A stretch of 64,000 nt of DNA, taken from positions 4,064,001 to 4,128,000 of the forward strand of contig CM000150.2 of the NCBI GenBank assembly GCA_000004695.1, in the 5' to 3' direction. The notes beneath the pieces were generated by a model. It saw only the letters and a list, made by a program, of their open reading frames with translations, did not search any database and was not told where the DNA came from. This document shows, in pieces, positions 55,224 through 64,000 of this stretch. Position 1 is the stretch's first letter. Each line of letters opens with the position of its first letter. The translations under genes were made by a program, and so were the position numbers. The stretch comes from Dictyostelium discoideum (taxonomy: Eukaryota).

Positions 55224-58200
55224 TTATAGAAAGTACTGAGTGAATTATTGTTTTTTTTGAGATGTTTAGGAAGTTCTATTGCGTGAAGAGGTGAGTTCCA
55301 TTGTCTGCTAAATTGTAATAGCTTTAGCGAGATTAGTGAGTCTAATTTATTTTGTTCTTCTGGCCGTTGCTTTGATTTGATTCTTAATGTTTTGTTTATA
55401 ACCGCTTGTGTCCTGTCCCATGCAGCTCTTTGTGTTTTAATTAGTTCACGTATGACTTGTTGTCTGTGAATTATTATTTCTTTTTCATCGTGAATGAGTT
55501 TATTTCTTTTGTGCCAGATTTTATCGAATATAATAGCTATTAAATTGGCTACTAGTGCAATTTGTAGATGGTTTAAAATCTTCACATTCCAGGTGTGAGT
55601 GGTGTGTCCACACTTAGTTAGGGTGTAGTTGAAGATTTCTTGTGTGTTTTTGATGTGGGCTTTGCAGTTGAAGAATATATGTTCTGAGGTCTCATCTTCC
55701 CCACACTGTTGGCATGGCATGTTGTATATTTTTGGTAGTGCTTTCAGTGTGTATCTCCATAATAGATCTCTACCTTTCATGTTTATTATTTTTTTGATTT
55801 CTTTAAATGGAAGGTGTTTGCTATTAATTTTGGTCATTATTTCTTTTTGGCCAGGAGTTGGTATGAATTTGTTGTGTTCAGGAGATTGAGTTGTCATCAT
55901 ATCTTCGTATATTTTTTTTAATTTTGGGAGGTGTTCGTAGTGTGTTTGTTTATTTTGTGGAGTTTTTAATTGGGTCCATGCTTGCTTGCATTGCCAGTGT
56001 AGTTGTAGTTGATTTTGTTTTGTTGTTGTTTTGTTGTTGTTGTTGTTTTTGAGTTCCTCTTCCCACAGTTTTATATATGAACTAGGAGTGTTACTTACTC
56101 TTTGGTGGAGGTATCTTTCGAATAACCATGCTTTCTGTGCTAGTTCTCTTGTCTTCAGGTTCCATAAGTTTAGGCCACCATTGATATAGTTGTTTTGTCT
56201 TCTTTGTAGTGAAAGAGAGTTTTTAGATTTTGTGTTGAAAACGAATTTTACGATGTTATTTTCAATACTATTGTGTTGTGGTGTGGTGTTGATGTAAGTG
56301 TGGAACGTTAACTGAGATAGTGCATATGTTTTTGCCATTATGAGTCTGCCCATATAGGTTGATGAAGTTGAGTTCCATGTTACTAGTTTAGCTCTGATGT
56401 TGTCTGAGATTGTATTGATTTTGGATTTGATACCCTTATTGTTGAAGTCAAAGCCGAGGTACCTTTCGTTTGATTTTATGACGGTGTATAGCGTTCTGGT
56501 GTTCCATTTGAAAGTGATACACGAGCATTTGGTTTGGTTTATTTTTGCGCTGGTTGCTTGGCAAAACTTCTTGATCCATTCATTCATGAGGAAATGGTCC
56601 ATAAAGTTGTATGCTATTGTTGCTGTATCATCGGCGAACTGTAGTATTTTAATGGTTTCTTTGGTTACACCATTGATGCAGCGGTCATTTATTATAGTAG
56701 TTGCCATGCATTCAACCACTAATGCGAAGATAGTGGGAGAGATAGGATCACCTTGTTTGGTTCCTCTTTTTGATGTAAAGCTTTTAGATAATGAGTTATT
56801 GATGTACACTGATGTTTCTGATTCATTGAGTAAGTTCATTATTGTGAGGACCATTTTGAGTGGTAGTTTTAGATGTGCAAGAGTACGTAGAATGGCGTTA
56901 TGTGAGATTGAATCGAATGCTTTTTCAAAATCATAAAATGTTATGATTGGTTCCATATCCTCTTTTGTGTTAATCTCTCGTTTTATTATTTCTATTGTTG
57001 AGTTTAAGGTGATGATGTTATCGTGCAGTAGTCTTCTTGGTACGAATCCAGTTTGGAATGGTGAGATTATTTTGTTTAAGAACTTCAGGATCCTATTGTT
57101 GATTATTTTCGAATAGATTTTGTAATCGACATTTAGAAGTGTTATTGGTCTATAATTATCCAGGTTGTTTGGGTCTCCTTTGTTTTTATATATAGTAATC
57201 AATATCCCTTGTTTGAAGTCCTTTGGGATTGTTGTGTTCCAGAAGTGATTGTATAGTTTTGATATTATTGGTAGAATTTCATTAATGTGGTTTTTGTAAA
57301 ATGTTGGAAGGAGTCCATCTTTACCAGGTGCTTTTCCTTCTTGTATTTTTTCAATGCCTAGTCTGATTTCATATCCTTCTATTGGTTGATTAATTTCGTC
57401 CAATATCTTTTGATCAATCCTTTTATTGAATGTTTTTAGGAGTTCGTGGTGAGTGTCTTCGTTGCATTCTCTCTTCTGGTACAGGTTCTCGTAATATCTT
57501 CTTGCTACTTCGAGGATATCCTCGTGTTTTGTTACCAAACAATTGTTGCTTGGATCTAGAATTTGAGGGATTTCATTTGTCTTTCTTTGGACTTTTAACC
57601 TTCTGGTTAAGTATTTTGATGGTGTTTCTTTGTTGTTGATGTGGGTGTTGGTTTGGTTTGCTTGTTTTATTCTTACTTGTTCCTTTAGAATATTGTTGAT
57701 CTCTTCTTTAAGGAAGATTGCTCTTGAATCTTTGGCTGTTTCGAGTTTTTCTGCGAGTTCTTTTAGTTTGTTTTTGGTTTTATTGCTTTCTCTAATTTCT
57801 ATATTAATTGACAGTTTCTTTATTTCATCTTTTAGTTTCAACCATTGTTCGCAAATGTTTAATTTGTACCATTTGCTGGTGTTCTCTTCGAATTTTTTAT
57901 TGTAGTATTTAATTGTTTTATTAATTTTGAGGCTGGTTGAATTCATTTTGAGAGTTTCTAGGTTTTGTCTCCATAGTCTTTCTCCTTTCTTTTGTTGCTC
58001 GTATTCTGGTATTTTTAATTCAATGATTACCATGTTGTGATCAGATTTTAATTTGATTTCCTTAGTAGTAACTATTGGGTTTAGATGGAGTATCTTCTTT
58101 GAGACAAAGACCCTATCGATGGTTGATTTGTTTCTTGGAAATGTGATTCCATTCTTAATTTCTGTAAATTCGAATTCGTCGAAGATTGTTTTAATATATT

Positions 58201-58441
58201 TGTTAAGGTTATTATCCACTGAACAGTCTACATTGAAGTCTCCAGTTATAATATCGCTGTGTAGTATTTCTTCTGTGAGATTTTCCTTATACCATTCATG
58301 TCTTTCGTTTGACTTTGCTGGGGCATAAATGGTTGTGCATTTGATCTGTGTTTTTGCAATCATCCATTCGGAAGATATAATTCTTTCGTTTATTGTTTTT
58401 GTTGTTGTTTTTATTTGGGTGTTGATGATGATTTGTGACAC
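55220..58441 (-). CDS. Retrotransposon ORF2: APE-type endonuclease, reverse transcriptase and zinc-finger domain (1073 aa from the first Met)
   Basis: It has endonuclease motifs (GDFNVD, SDHNMV), RT motifs (YRPITLLNVDYKIYSKIINNRI, FDFEKAFDSISH, QGDPISPTIFAL, LQFADDTA) and a CQQCGEDETSEHIFFNCKAH finger. The frame may be open upstream of the Met, towards ORF1. Confidence 0.85.
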
Positions 58442-58653
58442 CCCTTGTCCTGTTTTATCAATTGGTGCGTGGTGTGTTATTTTGTTTTTATATTGTTGAT
58501 TTATTGAGTAAATTTTATTTGTTTTTATATTTGTTTCAGTTAGAAGTGCTGCGTCCAGCTTGTTGTTGTCTAAAACGGTGTTTATTATGCTGGCAGATTG
58601 GATGGTGTTGGATCCTTGGACGTTCCAAACACCTATTCTTATTGTGTTTTTCT

Positions 58654-59988
58654 TTATAGTTTTATTTGGGGTAGATTTTTATCTACCTTTTGAAGTTTCT
58701 GGTTTATTTTGTCTTCTAACTGATCTTTACTTTGTTCGTTGTGTTGTTGGTCTTGTGTGTTTGTGGGGTTTTTTGATTTATTGATTTGTTTTAGAATTTC
58801 CTTGTTGAAGTTGTCTATATCTTCATCCATTTTTGTTTTTATGCTTTTTTGTCCATATTCACCCAATTTTGGTTTGACTGGTGTTTTGTTGGTCTTGTTT
58901 GTTTTGTCTTGTTGTTTCTTTTTTGGTGTGTTTAACAATTTACTTGGTGAATCGATAATTTTCGATGGTGTACCATAGGTTGGGCTGAAACTCATGATAT
59001 GTTTTATTGGAGAGGAGAAGAACCATTGATTTGAAGGGATTGAAAGTGGGAATTCTATTTTTCTTATTGCATCAGTGTTTGGGCTGGTGAAGTCGAAGAT
59101 ATCATTTGCCTCTCTAAGTTTTTCTTCCGTTGTTAGTCCCTTTGTTTCGCCGTGTTGTTTTATTGGTGTATTGTATGGAGATGGTGGTTCGATAGGTTTT
59201 TCTGATTTTGTTTTAATTTCTTGATTGTTTATCGATTGTGTATTGATCTCATTCTCTATTCTTGTTAGTTCATCTACGTTTTCTAGTGATGCTTCTATTA
59301 CCTTTTGAGCTGTATCATCTAGGGCCATAAATGTTTTATCATTAGATGAGGATGTGATTGGTGGGATAATGATTGTTCTTTTTCCTTGTTTTGGTATTTG
59401 TTCTGATGTAAATTGTGGTTGTTGTTCATCTGATTGTTTTTTATTTTTGTTTTCTTCTTGATTTTCTGGTAATGAGGTTTGATCTCTCCATCCTTTGTTG
59501 GAGTGTCCAATTAATGTTAAATTGTCTAGTTCAATGATAGTGTCAAATTCTTCTACGACTCTTTTCACTGTTTTGATAATTAGAGTTTCGCCTTTAATTT
59601 CTGATTTAATTAGTTTACATCCTTCATTTTCTATTACCCATTCTATTTCTGTGAGTGATTTATACCAATCAAAATCTGTATACATATTTTTTGGTCTTAT
59701 AGTGGTTATAAATTGTCCTTTTAATTCTGCATCAAACATATTTACAAAATAGATTACTGTACTAATACTGTCTGTGAGAATTTTGAATGTATTATTACTT
59801 TTGATTAAAACATCTTTTTTGTCCAAACTTTTTTCTAAATCTTTTTTTATTTTATCGTCTGGTTCGTGATTGATGTTTATGACGTATTTGAATTGTTTTT
59901 TTTTTAATTGAGTTTTATCCACAATTTCGCTTATTTTTTGTAGGCATTTGTGTTGCTTAATATTTGTGGTGTTGTTTGTGATTTTCAT
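58654..59988 (-). CDS. Retrotransposon ORF1 (444 aa), basic and K/Q-rich
   Basis: ORF immediately 5' of ORF2 on the same strand. Its ATG lies inside the B-module. Confidence 0.75.
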   Translation of the reverse strand: MKITNNTTNIKQHKCLQKISEIVDKTQLKKKQFKYVININHEPDDKIKKDLEKSLDKKDVLIKSNNTFKILTDSISTVIYFVNMFDAELKGQFITTIRPKNMYTDFDWYKSLTEIEWVIENEGCKLIKSEIKGETLIIKTVKRVVEEFDTIIELDNLTLIGHSNKGWRDQTSLPENQEENKNKKQSDEQQPQFTSEQIPKQGKRTIIIPPITSSSNDKTFMALDDTAQKVIEASLENVDELTRIENEINTQSINNQEIKTKSEKPIEPPSPYNTPIKQHGETKGLTTEEKLREANDIFDFTSPNTDAIRKIEFPLSIPSNQWFFSSPIKHIMSFSPTYGTPSKIIDSPSKLLNTPKKKQQDKTNKTNKTPVKPKLGEYGQKSIKTKMDEDIDNFNKEILKQINKSKNPTNTQDQQHNEQSKDQLEDKINQKLQKVDKNLPQIKL

Positions 59989-60064
59989 TTTATTTTCTTT
60001 CTATCTTTTTTATTTTTCTTTAAAAAGTTAAAAATCTGGAAATTTTCTAATTAACTTGGGTTCC

Positions 60065-60107
<43 letters not shown>

Positions 60108-60110
<3 letters not shown>

Positions 60111-61175
60111 TCTTTTTTATATGAAAAATGAAATAATCAAAAAAAGAGATTGTTGTTGTTGTTTGTTTTTTTCGATCTGATTATTTTTTGCTTTTTTTTT
60201 GAAAATTTTGCTACGCAAAATTCTCAAAACGAAACAAATAATAAATTACAATAAAGTAAAAAGATGGCTTTTTAAAATAGTTTATTTATTTATTTATTTG
60301 TTTTTTAAGTCTTTTTTATATGAAAAATGAAATAATCAAAAAAAGAGATTGTTGTTGTTGTTTGTTTTTTTCGATCTGATTATTTTTTGCTTTTTTTTTG
60401 AAAATTTTGCTACGCAAAATTCTCAAAACGAAACAAATAATAAATTACAATAAAGTAAAAAGATGGCTTTTTAAAATAGTTTATTTATTTATTTATTTGT
60501 TTTTTAAGTCTTTTTTATATGAAAAATGAAATAATCAAAAAAAGAGATTGTTGTTGTTGTTTGTTTTTTTCGATCTGATTATTTTTTGCTTTTTTTTTGA
60601 AAATTTTGCTACGCAAAATTCTCAAAACGAAACAAATAATAAATTACAATAAAGTAAAAAGATGGCTTTTTAAAATAGTTTATTTATTTATTTATTTGTT
60701 TTTTAAGTCTTTTTTATATGAAAAATGAAATAATCAAAAAAAGAGATTGTTGTTGTTGTTTGTTTTTTTCGATCTGATTATTTTTTGCTTTTTTTTTGAA
60801 AATTTTGCTACGCAAAATTCTCAAAACGAAACAAATAATAAATTACAATAAAGTAAAAAGATGGCTTTTTAAAATAGTTTATTTATTTATTTATTTGTTT
60901 TTTAAGTCTTTTTTATATGAAAAATGAAATAATCAAAAAAAGAGATTGTTGTTGTTGTTTGTTTTTTTCGATCTGATTATTTTTTGCTTTTTTTTTGAAA
61001 ATTTTGCTACGCAAAATTCTCAAAACGAAACAAATAATAAATTACAATAAAGTAAAAAGATGGCTTTTTAAAATAGTTTATTTATTTATTTATTTGTTTT
61101 TTAAGTCTTTTTTATATGAAAAATGAAATAATCAAAAAAAGAGATTGTTGTTGTTGTTTGTTTTTTTCGATCTGA
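60108..61175. repeat. Tandem array of 199-bp units (5 full units plus a 73-bp partial), the A-modules of the retrotransposon 5' UTR
   Basis: Unit starts (aagtcttttttatatgaaaaatg...) are at 60108, 60307, 60506, 60705, 60904 and 61103. The period is exactly 199 bp and the copies are near-identical. The last copy is truncated at tctga (61175). Confidence 0.9.
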
Positions 61176-61191
61176 AAAAAATTTAAAATCC
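61176..61191. repeat. Target-site duplication (5'-side copy): aaaaaatttaaaatcc
   Basis: Identical 16-mer directly abutting the truncated A-module, 35 bp before the tRNA gene. Confidence 0.8.
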
Positions 61192-61225
61192 AAATTTGGT
61201 TAAAAAAATTTTTATTCTCATGTTA

Positions 61226-61298
61226 GCTCGATTAGCTCAGTCGGCAGAGCGTGGTGCTAATAACGCCACGGTCGCAGGTTCGATCCCTGCATCGAGCA
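61226..61298 (+). tRNA. tRNA-Ile (anticodon AAT), 73 nt
   Basis: GCTCGAT TA GCTC AGTCGGC AGAGC G TGGTG CTAATAA CGCCA CGGTC GCAGG TTCGATC CCTGC ATCGAGC A. The acceptor stem is 7 bp (GCTCGAT/ATCGAGC). The D-arm carries the A box (TAGCTCAGTCGG). The anticodon stem is 5 bp with loop CTAATAA, giving anticodon AAT. The T-arm is GCAGG/CCTGC with the B box GGTTCGATCC. Confidence 0.9.
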
Positions 61299-61335
61299 AA
61301 CAATTTTTTAAAAACGTAGAAATAAAATCACAGGT

Positions 61336-61346
61336 TCGATTCCCAA
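61336..61346 (+). promoter_or_regulatory. External B-box (exB) copy, GGTTCGATTCC, 38 bp downstream of the tRNA
   Basis: A second near-consensus polymerase III B-box sequence lies after the tRNA 3' end. Such extra B-boxes downstream of Dictyostelium tRNA genes are a described feature. Confidence 0.6.
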
Positions 61347-61799
61347 CAAATAAAAATAACCAGCTAACACTATATTCCAAAATCAGCACCCCCGAATCTA
61401 GTTTCATTTGACCACCAACTAACACAAATATTACTCCTAAAAATTAACATTAAACAAAAGATTTATTATCTTATAAAAAAAAAAATTTCACCAACTAAAC
61501 AATGTGCTTGTGACAAAATATATAAACTTTTTTTTTTATTTTTTTTTTTTTTTTTTTATTTTTTTTTTTTTTTTATGCAAAGGAAATAAGATTAGATGTG
61601 TTATTCCTGGGAATTTTTTGTGACACGACAATAATTTTTTACTTTTTTTTTATTTTATTTTTTTTTCGGAAAAAAAAAATCCAAAACAATTCGAGAACCA
61701 TCATTGCTTTTTTTTTTTTTTTTTATAAGCAATATTAAAAAAAATAACATTAAAAAAAAAAAATCAATTCAAAAAAAAAAAAAAAACATAATAAAATAA

Positions 61800-63359
61800 A
61801 TGGTAGAAACAATTCTGAGTAGTTTTAAAAGACATACCAATTTGAAAATATTATATTTTTTCCAGAGTGCATCAATAGCATGTTTTCAACCATTTATTAG
61901 TATATATTTAAGAGATAAAGAATTGAAACCATCGATAATTGGTATAATAACATGTTTAATTCCGCTGATATCTTTTATTTCCTCACCAATATGGTCAAAT
62001 ATATCGGATCGTTTTGGGATACAGAAAAAAGTAGTAATTTTTAATTTATTGATATCAATGGTAGCATTATTATTATTAATTCCAAATGGTAATAATGTAG
62101 TTGGAATATTTTTTTTAATTATTTTATATAGTATTGTAACAGCACCACTTTGTCCAATTATTGATTCATTGGTAATAAAAGATTTGGGTGAAGATTCTAA
62201 ACTCTATGGTCAACAAAGATTATTTGGTGCAATTAGTTATGGTATTGTTGCATTCTTAACAGGTATTTTAATTAATCATTATAATATTAATTTTATACAT
62301 GTATTTTATGCATTTTGGGTAATGGTTTTTTTAGTTTTCTATATATTTAATCAAACTAATTATGGTTCAAAATTAAAAATTACCAAGAATTTAAAAAATC
62401 CATTTATAAAATTAAATGATAACGAAAAAACACCTGTTGGTGATGAAATTGAAATTGTTGGTAGTGTAACTCCAAATGGTGAAAATATAATATCAAATGA
62501 AAATTTAATTGTTACTGAAATAAATAATTTAGAAAATGATAATAATAATAATAATAACTCAAATTTAGGAGAAGCAATAATATCTTCTGATTATAAAAAT
62601 AATCAAAATGATAATGGAAATGATGTTTTATTAGAAAAAGAAAAAAATAATTTTATAAATAATCAAAATGATAATGAAAATACTATTGGTGGTGATGTTA
62701 AAGAAGAATCAAATGAAAATATTAAATTAACAAATAAACAAGTTTTTAAAAATATTTTAAAAAATCCTCAAATGATGATATTTTTATTAGCAATGGCTAT
62801 TTGTGGTATGACATATAATATTATTAATAGTTTTTTATTCATTTTCCTAAGGGATCATTTAAAAGCTTCAAACTTTTTATTGGGTTCAACAATGCCATTC
62901 ACAGTTGTGATGGAATTACCATTCTTTTTCTTTGGTAAACAATTATTGGAGAAAGTTGGTGTAACTAAAATGATTATGATTGGTCATACAGCTTTTATTC
63001 TTAGATTGTGCCTTTATAATATCTTTGTAATTGATTCAATTTCACCTTGGTTTATTTTACCAATTGAAACTTTACATGGTATTGCTTTTGCTACTATTTG
63101 GGGAGCAGGTGTTGAATTTTCTTCAAAAATGGCTCCAAGAGGTTACGAAACTTTTTATCAAGGTATTTTCACTGGTCTCTATTCTGGTTTAGGTTCTTGT
63201 ATTGGTTCAATACTTGGTGGTTTCATTTATGAACATAAGTCTGCATTTTATTTATTTAGATTTAATGCAATCATAACCACAACAAGTTTAATTATCTTTT
63301 CATTAACACAATTCTTTTATTCAAAGGAATTTCAAAAATTTAAAACTTTATTTAATTAA
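61800..63359 (+). CDS. Major facilitator superfamily transporter (MFSD6-like), 519 aa, with an N/D-rich central loop
   Basis: Six hydrophobic helices, then a hydrophilic N-rich loop, then six more helices (a 6+6 MFS topology), with motifs such as ISDRFGIQKKV between TM2 and TM3. Confidence 0.65.
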   Translation: MVETILSSFKRHTNLKILYFFQSASIACFQPFISIYLRDKELKPSIIGIITCLIPLISFISSPIWSNISDRFGIQKKVVIFNLLISMVALLLLIPNGNNVVGIFFLIILYSIVTAPLCPIIDSLVIKDLGEDSKLYGQQRLFGAISYGIVAFLTGILINHYNINFIHVFYAFWVMVFLVFYIFNQTNYGSKLKITKNLKNPFIKLNDNEKTPVGDEIEIVGSVTPNGENIISNENLIVTEINNLENDNNNNNNSNLGEAIISSDYKNNQNDNGNDVLLEKEKNNFINNQNDNENTIGGDVKEESNENIKLTNKQVFKNILKNPQMMIFLLAMAICGMTYNIINSFLFIFLRDHLKASNFLLGSTMPFTVVMELPFFFFGKQLLEKVGVTKMIMIGHTAFILRLCLYNIFVIDSISPWFILPIETLHGIAFATIWGAGVEFSSKMAPRGYETFYQGIFTGLYSGLGSCIGSILGGFIYEHKSAFYLFRFNAIITTTSLIIFSLTQFFYSKEFQKFKTLFN

Positions 63360-63505
63360 TCACAAGAAATCTTTTTTTTCAAATTATTTAATTTATTATT
63401 ATTTAATTTGGAATAAATAAAAAATAAAATAAAATTAAATAATTTTAAAAAAAAATGTTTAAATTAATTTTGGTTTTTTTGTTTATATAAAATATATTTT
63501 ATTTT

Positions 63506-63940
63506 TTATTTTTTCTTTTCAATTAAAATAGAACAATTTCCAACAGAGAAACTAATTGCATCTTTGGCAGTAGTTAAGTATAACCAACGATAAGATGATT
63601 TTGGAGGAATTAAAATACTTGGAGGTAGAGAAATTTGAGTAGTCGAACCTTCCAAAGTATAATTCATACCAATAACATAAGATATATTATCCATTGTTGA
63701 TAATAAAAAGCTATTTATACTTTTATCCGAAAGATTCTCAATTGTACTTTCCCAGAAATTAAAAAATTTTGCATTATTATCAATCCATTGAAAGTATTTC
63801 TTTTGAGTGAATTCAATTTTACAATTGGTGTGTGCACTTTTAAAAGAGTTTGTTTTCTTTTTTGATCTTTCTAAATTATTTGAAGGATTTTCAAAATTAG
63901 ATTTTAATGATTTAATTTCATTTGGTTTTGTATTTATTAA

Positions 63941-64000
<60 letters not shown>
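63506..64000 (-). CDS. 3' portion of a gene whose 5' end lies beyond the window end; hypothetical protein
   Basis: The minus-strand frame is open from the window edge down to the stop at 63506..63508 (...FQWIDNNAKFFNFWESTIENLSDKSINSFLLSTMDNISYVIGMNYTLEGSTTQISLPPSILIPPKSSYRWLYLTTAKDAISFSVGNCSILIEKKK). The composition is not low-complexity. Confidence 0.45.

Larger units (their letters stand above)
54834..61175 (-). mobile_element. Full-length TRE5-A-like (DRE) tRNA-gene-targeted non-LTR retrotransposon, about 6.3 kb. Order on the minus strand: A-module array, oligo(A), B-module/ORF1, ORF2, oligo(A), B-module copy, C-module, oligo(A)
   Basis: ORF1 is 58654..59988. ORF2 is 55220..58441 and encodes an APE-like endonuclease, a reverse transcriptase (FADDTA motif) and a C-terminal CCHC-like zinc finger. 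T-runs on the plus strand mark A-tails. The element is flanked by the identical 16-mer aaaaaatttaaaatcc at 54818..54833 and 61176..61191. Its 5' end lies 50 bp upstream of tRNA-Ile at 61226. The A-B ... B-C module layout matches what I recall of the published DRE/TRE5-A architecture. Confidence 0.8.

Noticed and set aside
55629-58978. Plus-strand ORFs inside the retrotransposon (55629..55889, 56397..56936, 57430..57905, 58053..58328, 58435..58978)
   Set aside because: They are antisense to ORF2 and ORF1 of the element, are Leu/Phe/Ser/Cys-rich as expected from antisense reading, and have no motifs.
60108-61175. Considered a CRISPR-like array or satellite
   Set aside because: The units are contiguous 199-bp near-identical tandem copies with no alternating unique spacers. 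They form the 5' UTR of the retrotransposon in a eukaryotic genome.
61237-61425. ORFs 61196..61411(+) and 61237..61425(-) overlapping the tRNA
   Set aside because: The region folds into a canonical tRNA-Ile cloverleaf, and the ORFs are incidental.

Overview
This window is nuclear genomic DNA of a dictyostelid amoeba, almost certainly Dictyostelium discoideum. The evidence is about 78% AT overall with extreme AT content and A/T homopolymers in intergenic regions, short AT-rich introns with GTAAGT/GTATGT...AG boundaries, coding (AAT)n poly-Asn and (CAA)n poly-Gln tracts, FNIP repeats, and a TRE5-type tRNA-targeted retrotransposon. I call about 23 protein-coding loci, most of them intron-containing (I derived splice junctions by hand from frame continuity and homology):
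- a partial LRR/EGF-like surface-protein gene running off the left edge;
- a PP2A phosphatase activator (PTPA) gene;
- HMG-CoA reductase (probably hmgA, 552 aa, 2 exons);
- a helix-hairpin-helix (HhH) motif protein;
- a 5-exon gene for a roughly 1077-aa coiled-coil plus helical protein, possibly a RINT1-like tethering factor, with a 150-aa poly-Asn insert;
- a small secreted protein;
- the U5 snRNP helicase Brr2 homologue (probably ascc3l, 3 exons, 2237 aa);
- a divergently transcribed protein with two RNA recognition motifs (RRM) and a C-terminal CID-like domain, whose reading frame breaks inside a (CAC/CCA)n tract;
- a 2-exon hypothetical gene;
- an N/Q-rich hypothetical gene;
- a phytanoyl-CoA dioxygenase (PhyH) family gene;
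- a 7-exon gene for an approximately 1399-aa type I membrane protein with an EGF-like module, in which all six introns are phase 1;
- a FNIP-repeat protein;
- a 3-exon gene for a 4-transmembrane protein that the ORF track misses;
- two tandem paralogous genes for large ankyrin-like low-complexity proteins, with a transcriptional coactivator PC4/Sub1 homologue between them;
- an MFSD6-like major facilitator superfamily (MFS) transporter;
- a partial gene at the right edge.
The most unusual structure is a full-length, roughly 6.3-kb TRE5-A-like non-LTR retrotransposon on the minus strand. It has an array of 5.4 tandem 199-bp A-modules, a B-module and ORF1, ORF2 (endonuclease, reverse transcriptase, zinc finger), and a 3' B-copy plus C-module. 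It is flanked by a perfect 16-bp target-site duplication, and its 5' end lies 50 bp upstream of a tRNA-Ile(AAU) gene, which in turn carries a downstream extra B-box. Other curiosities are a perfect 17-bp inverted repeat in an AT-rich spacer, G-run (G4-like) islands, a 3.5-kb gene-free stretch with non-AT islands, and many microsatellites.
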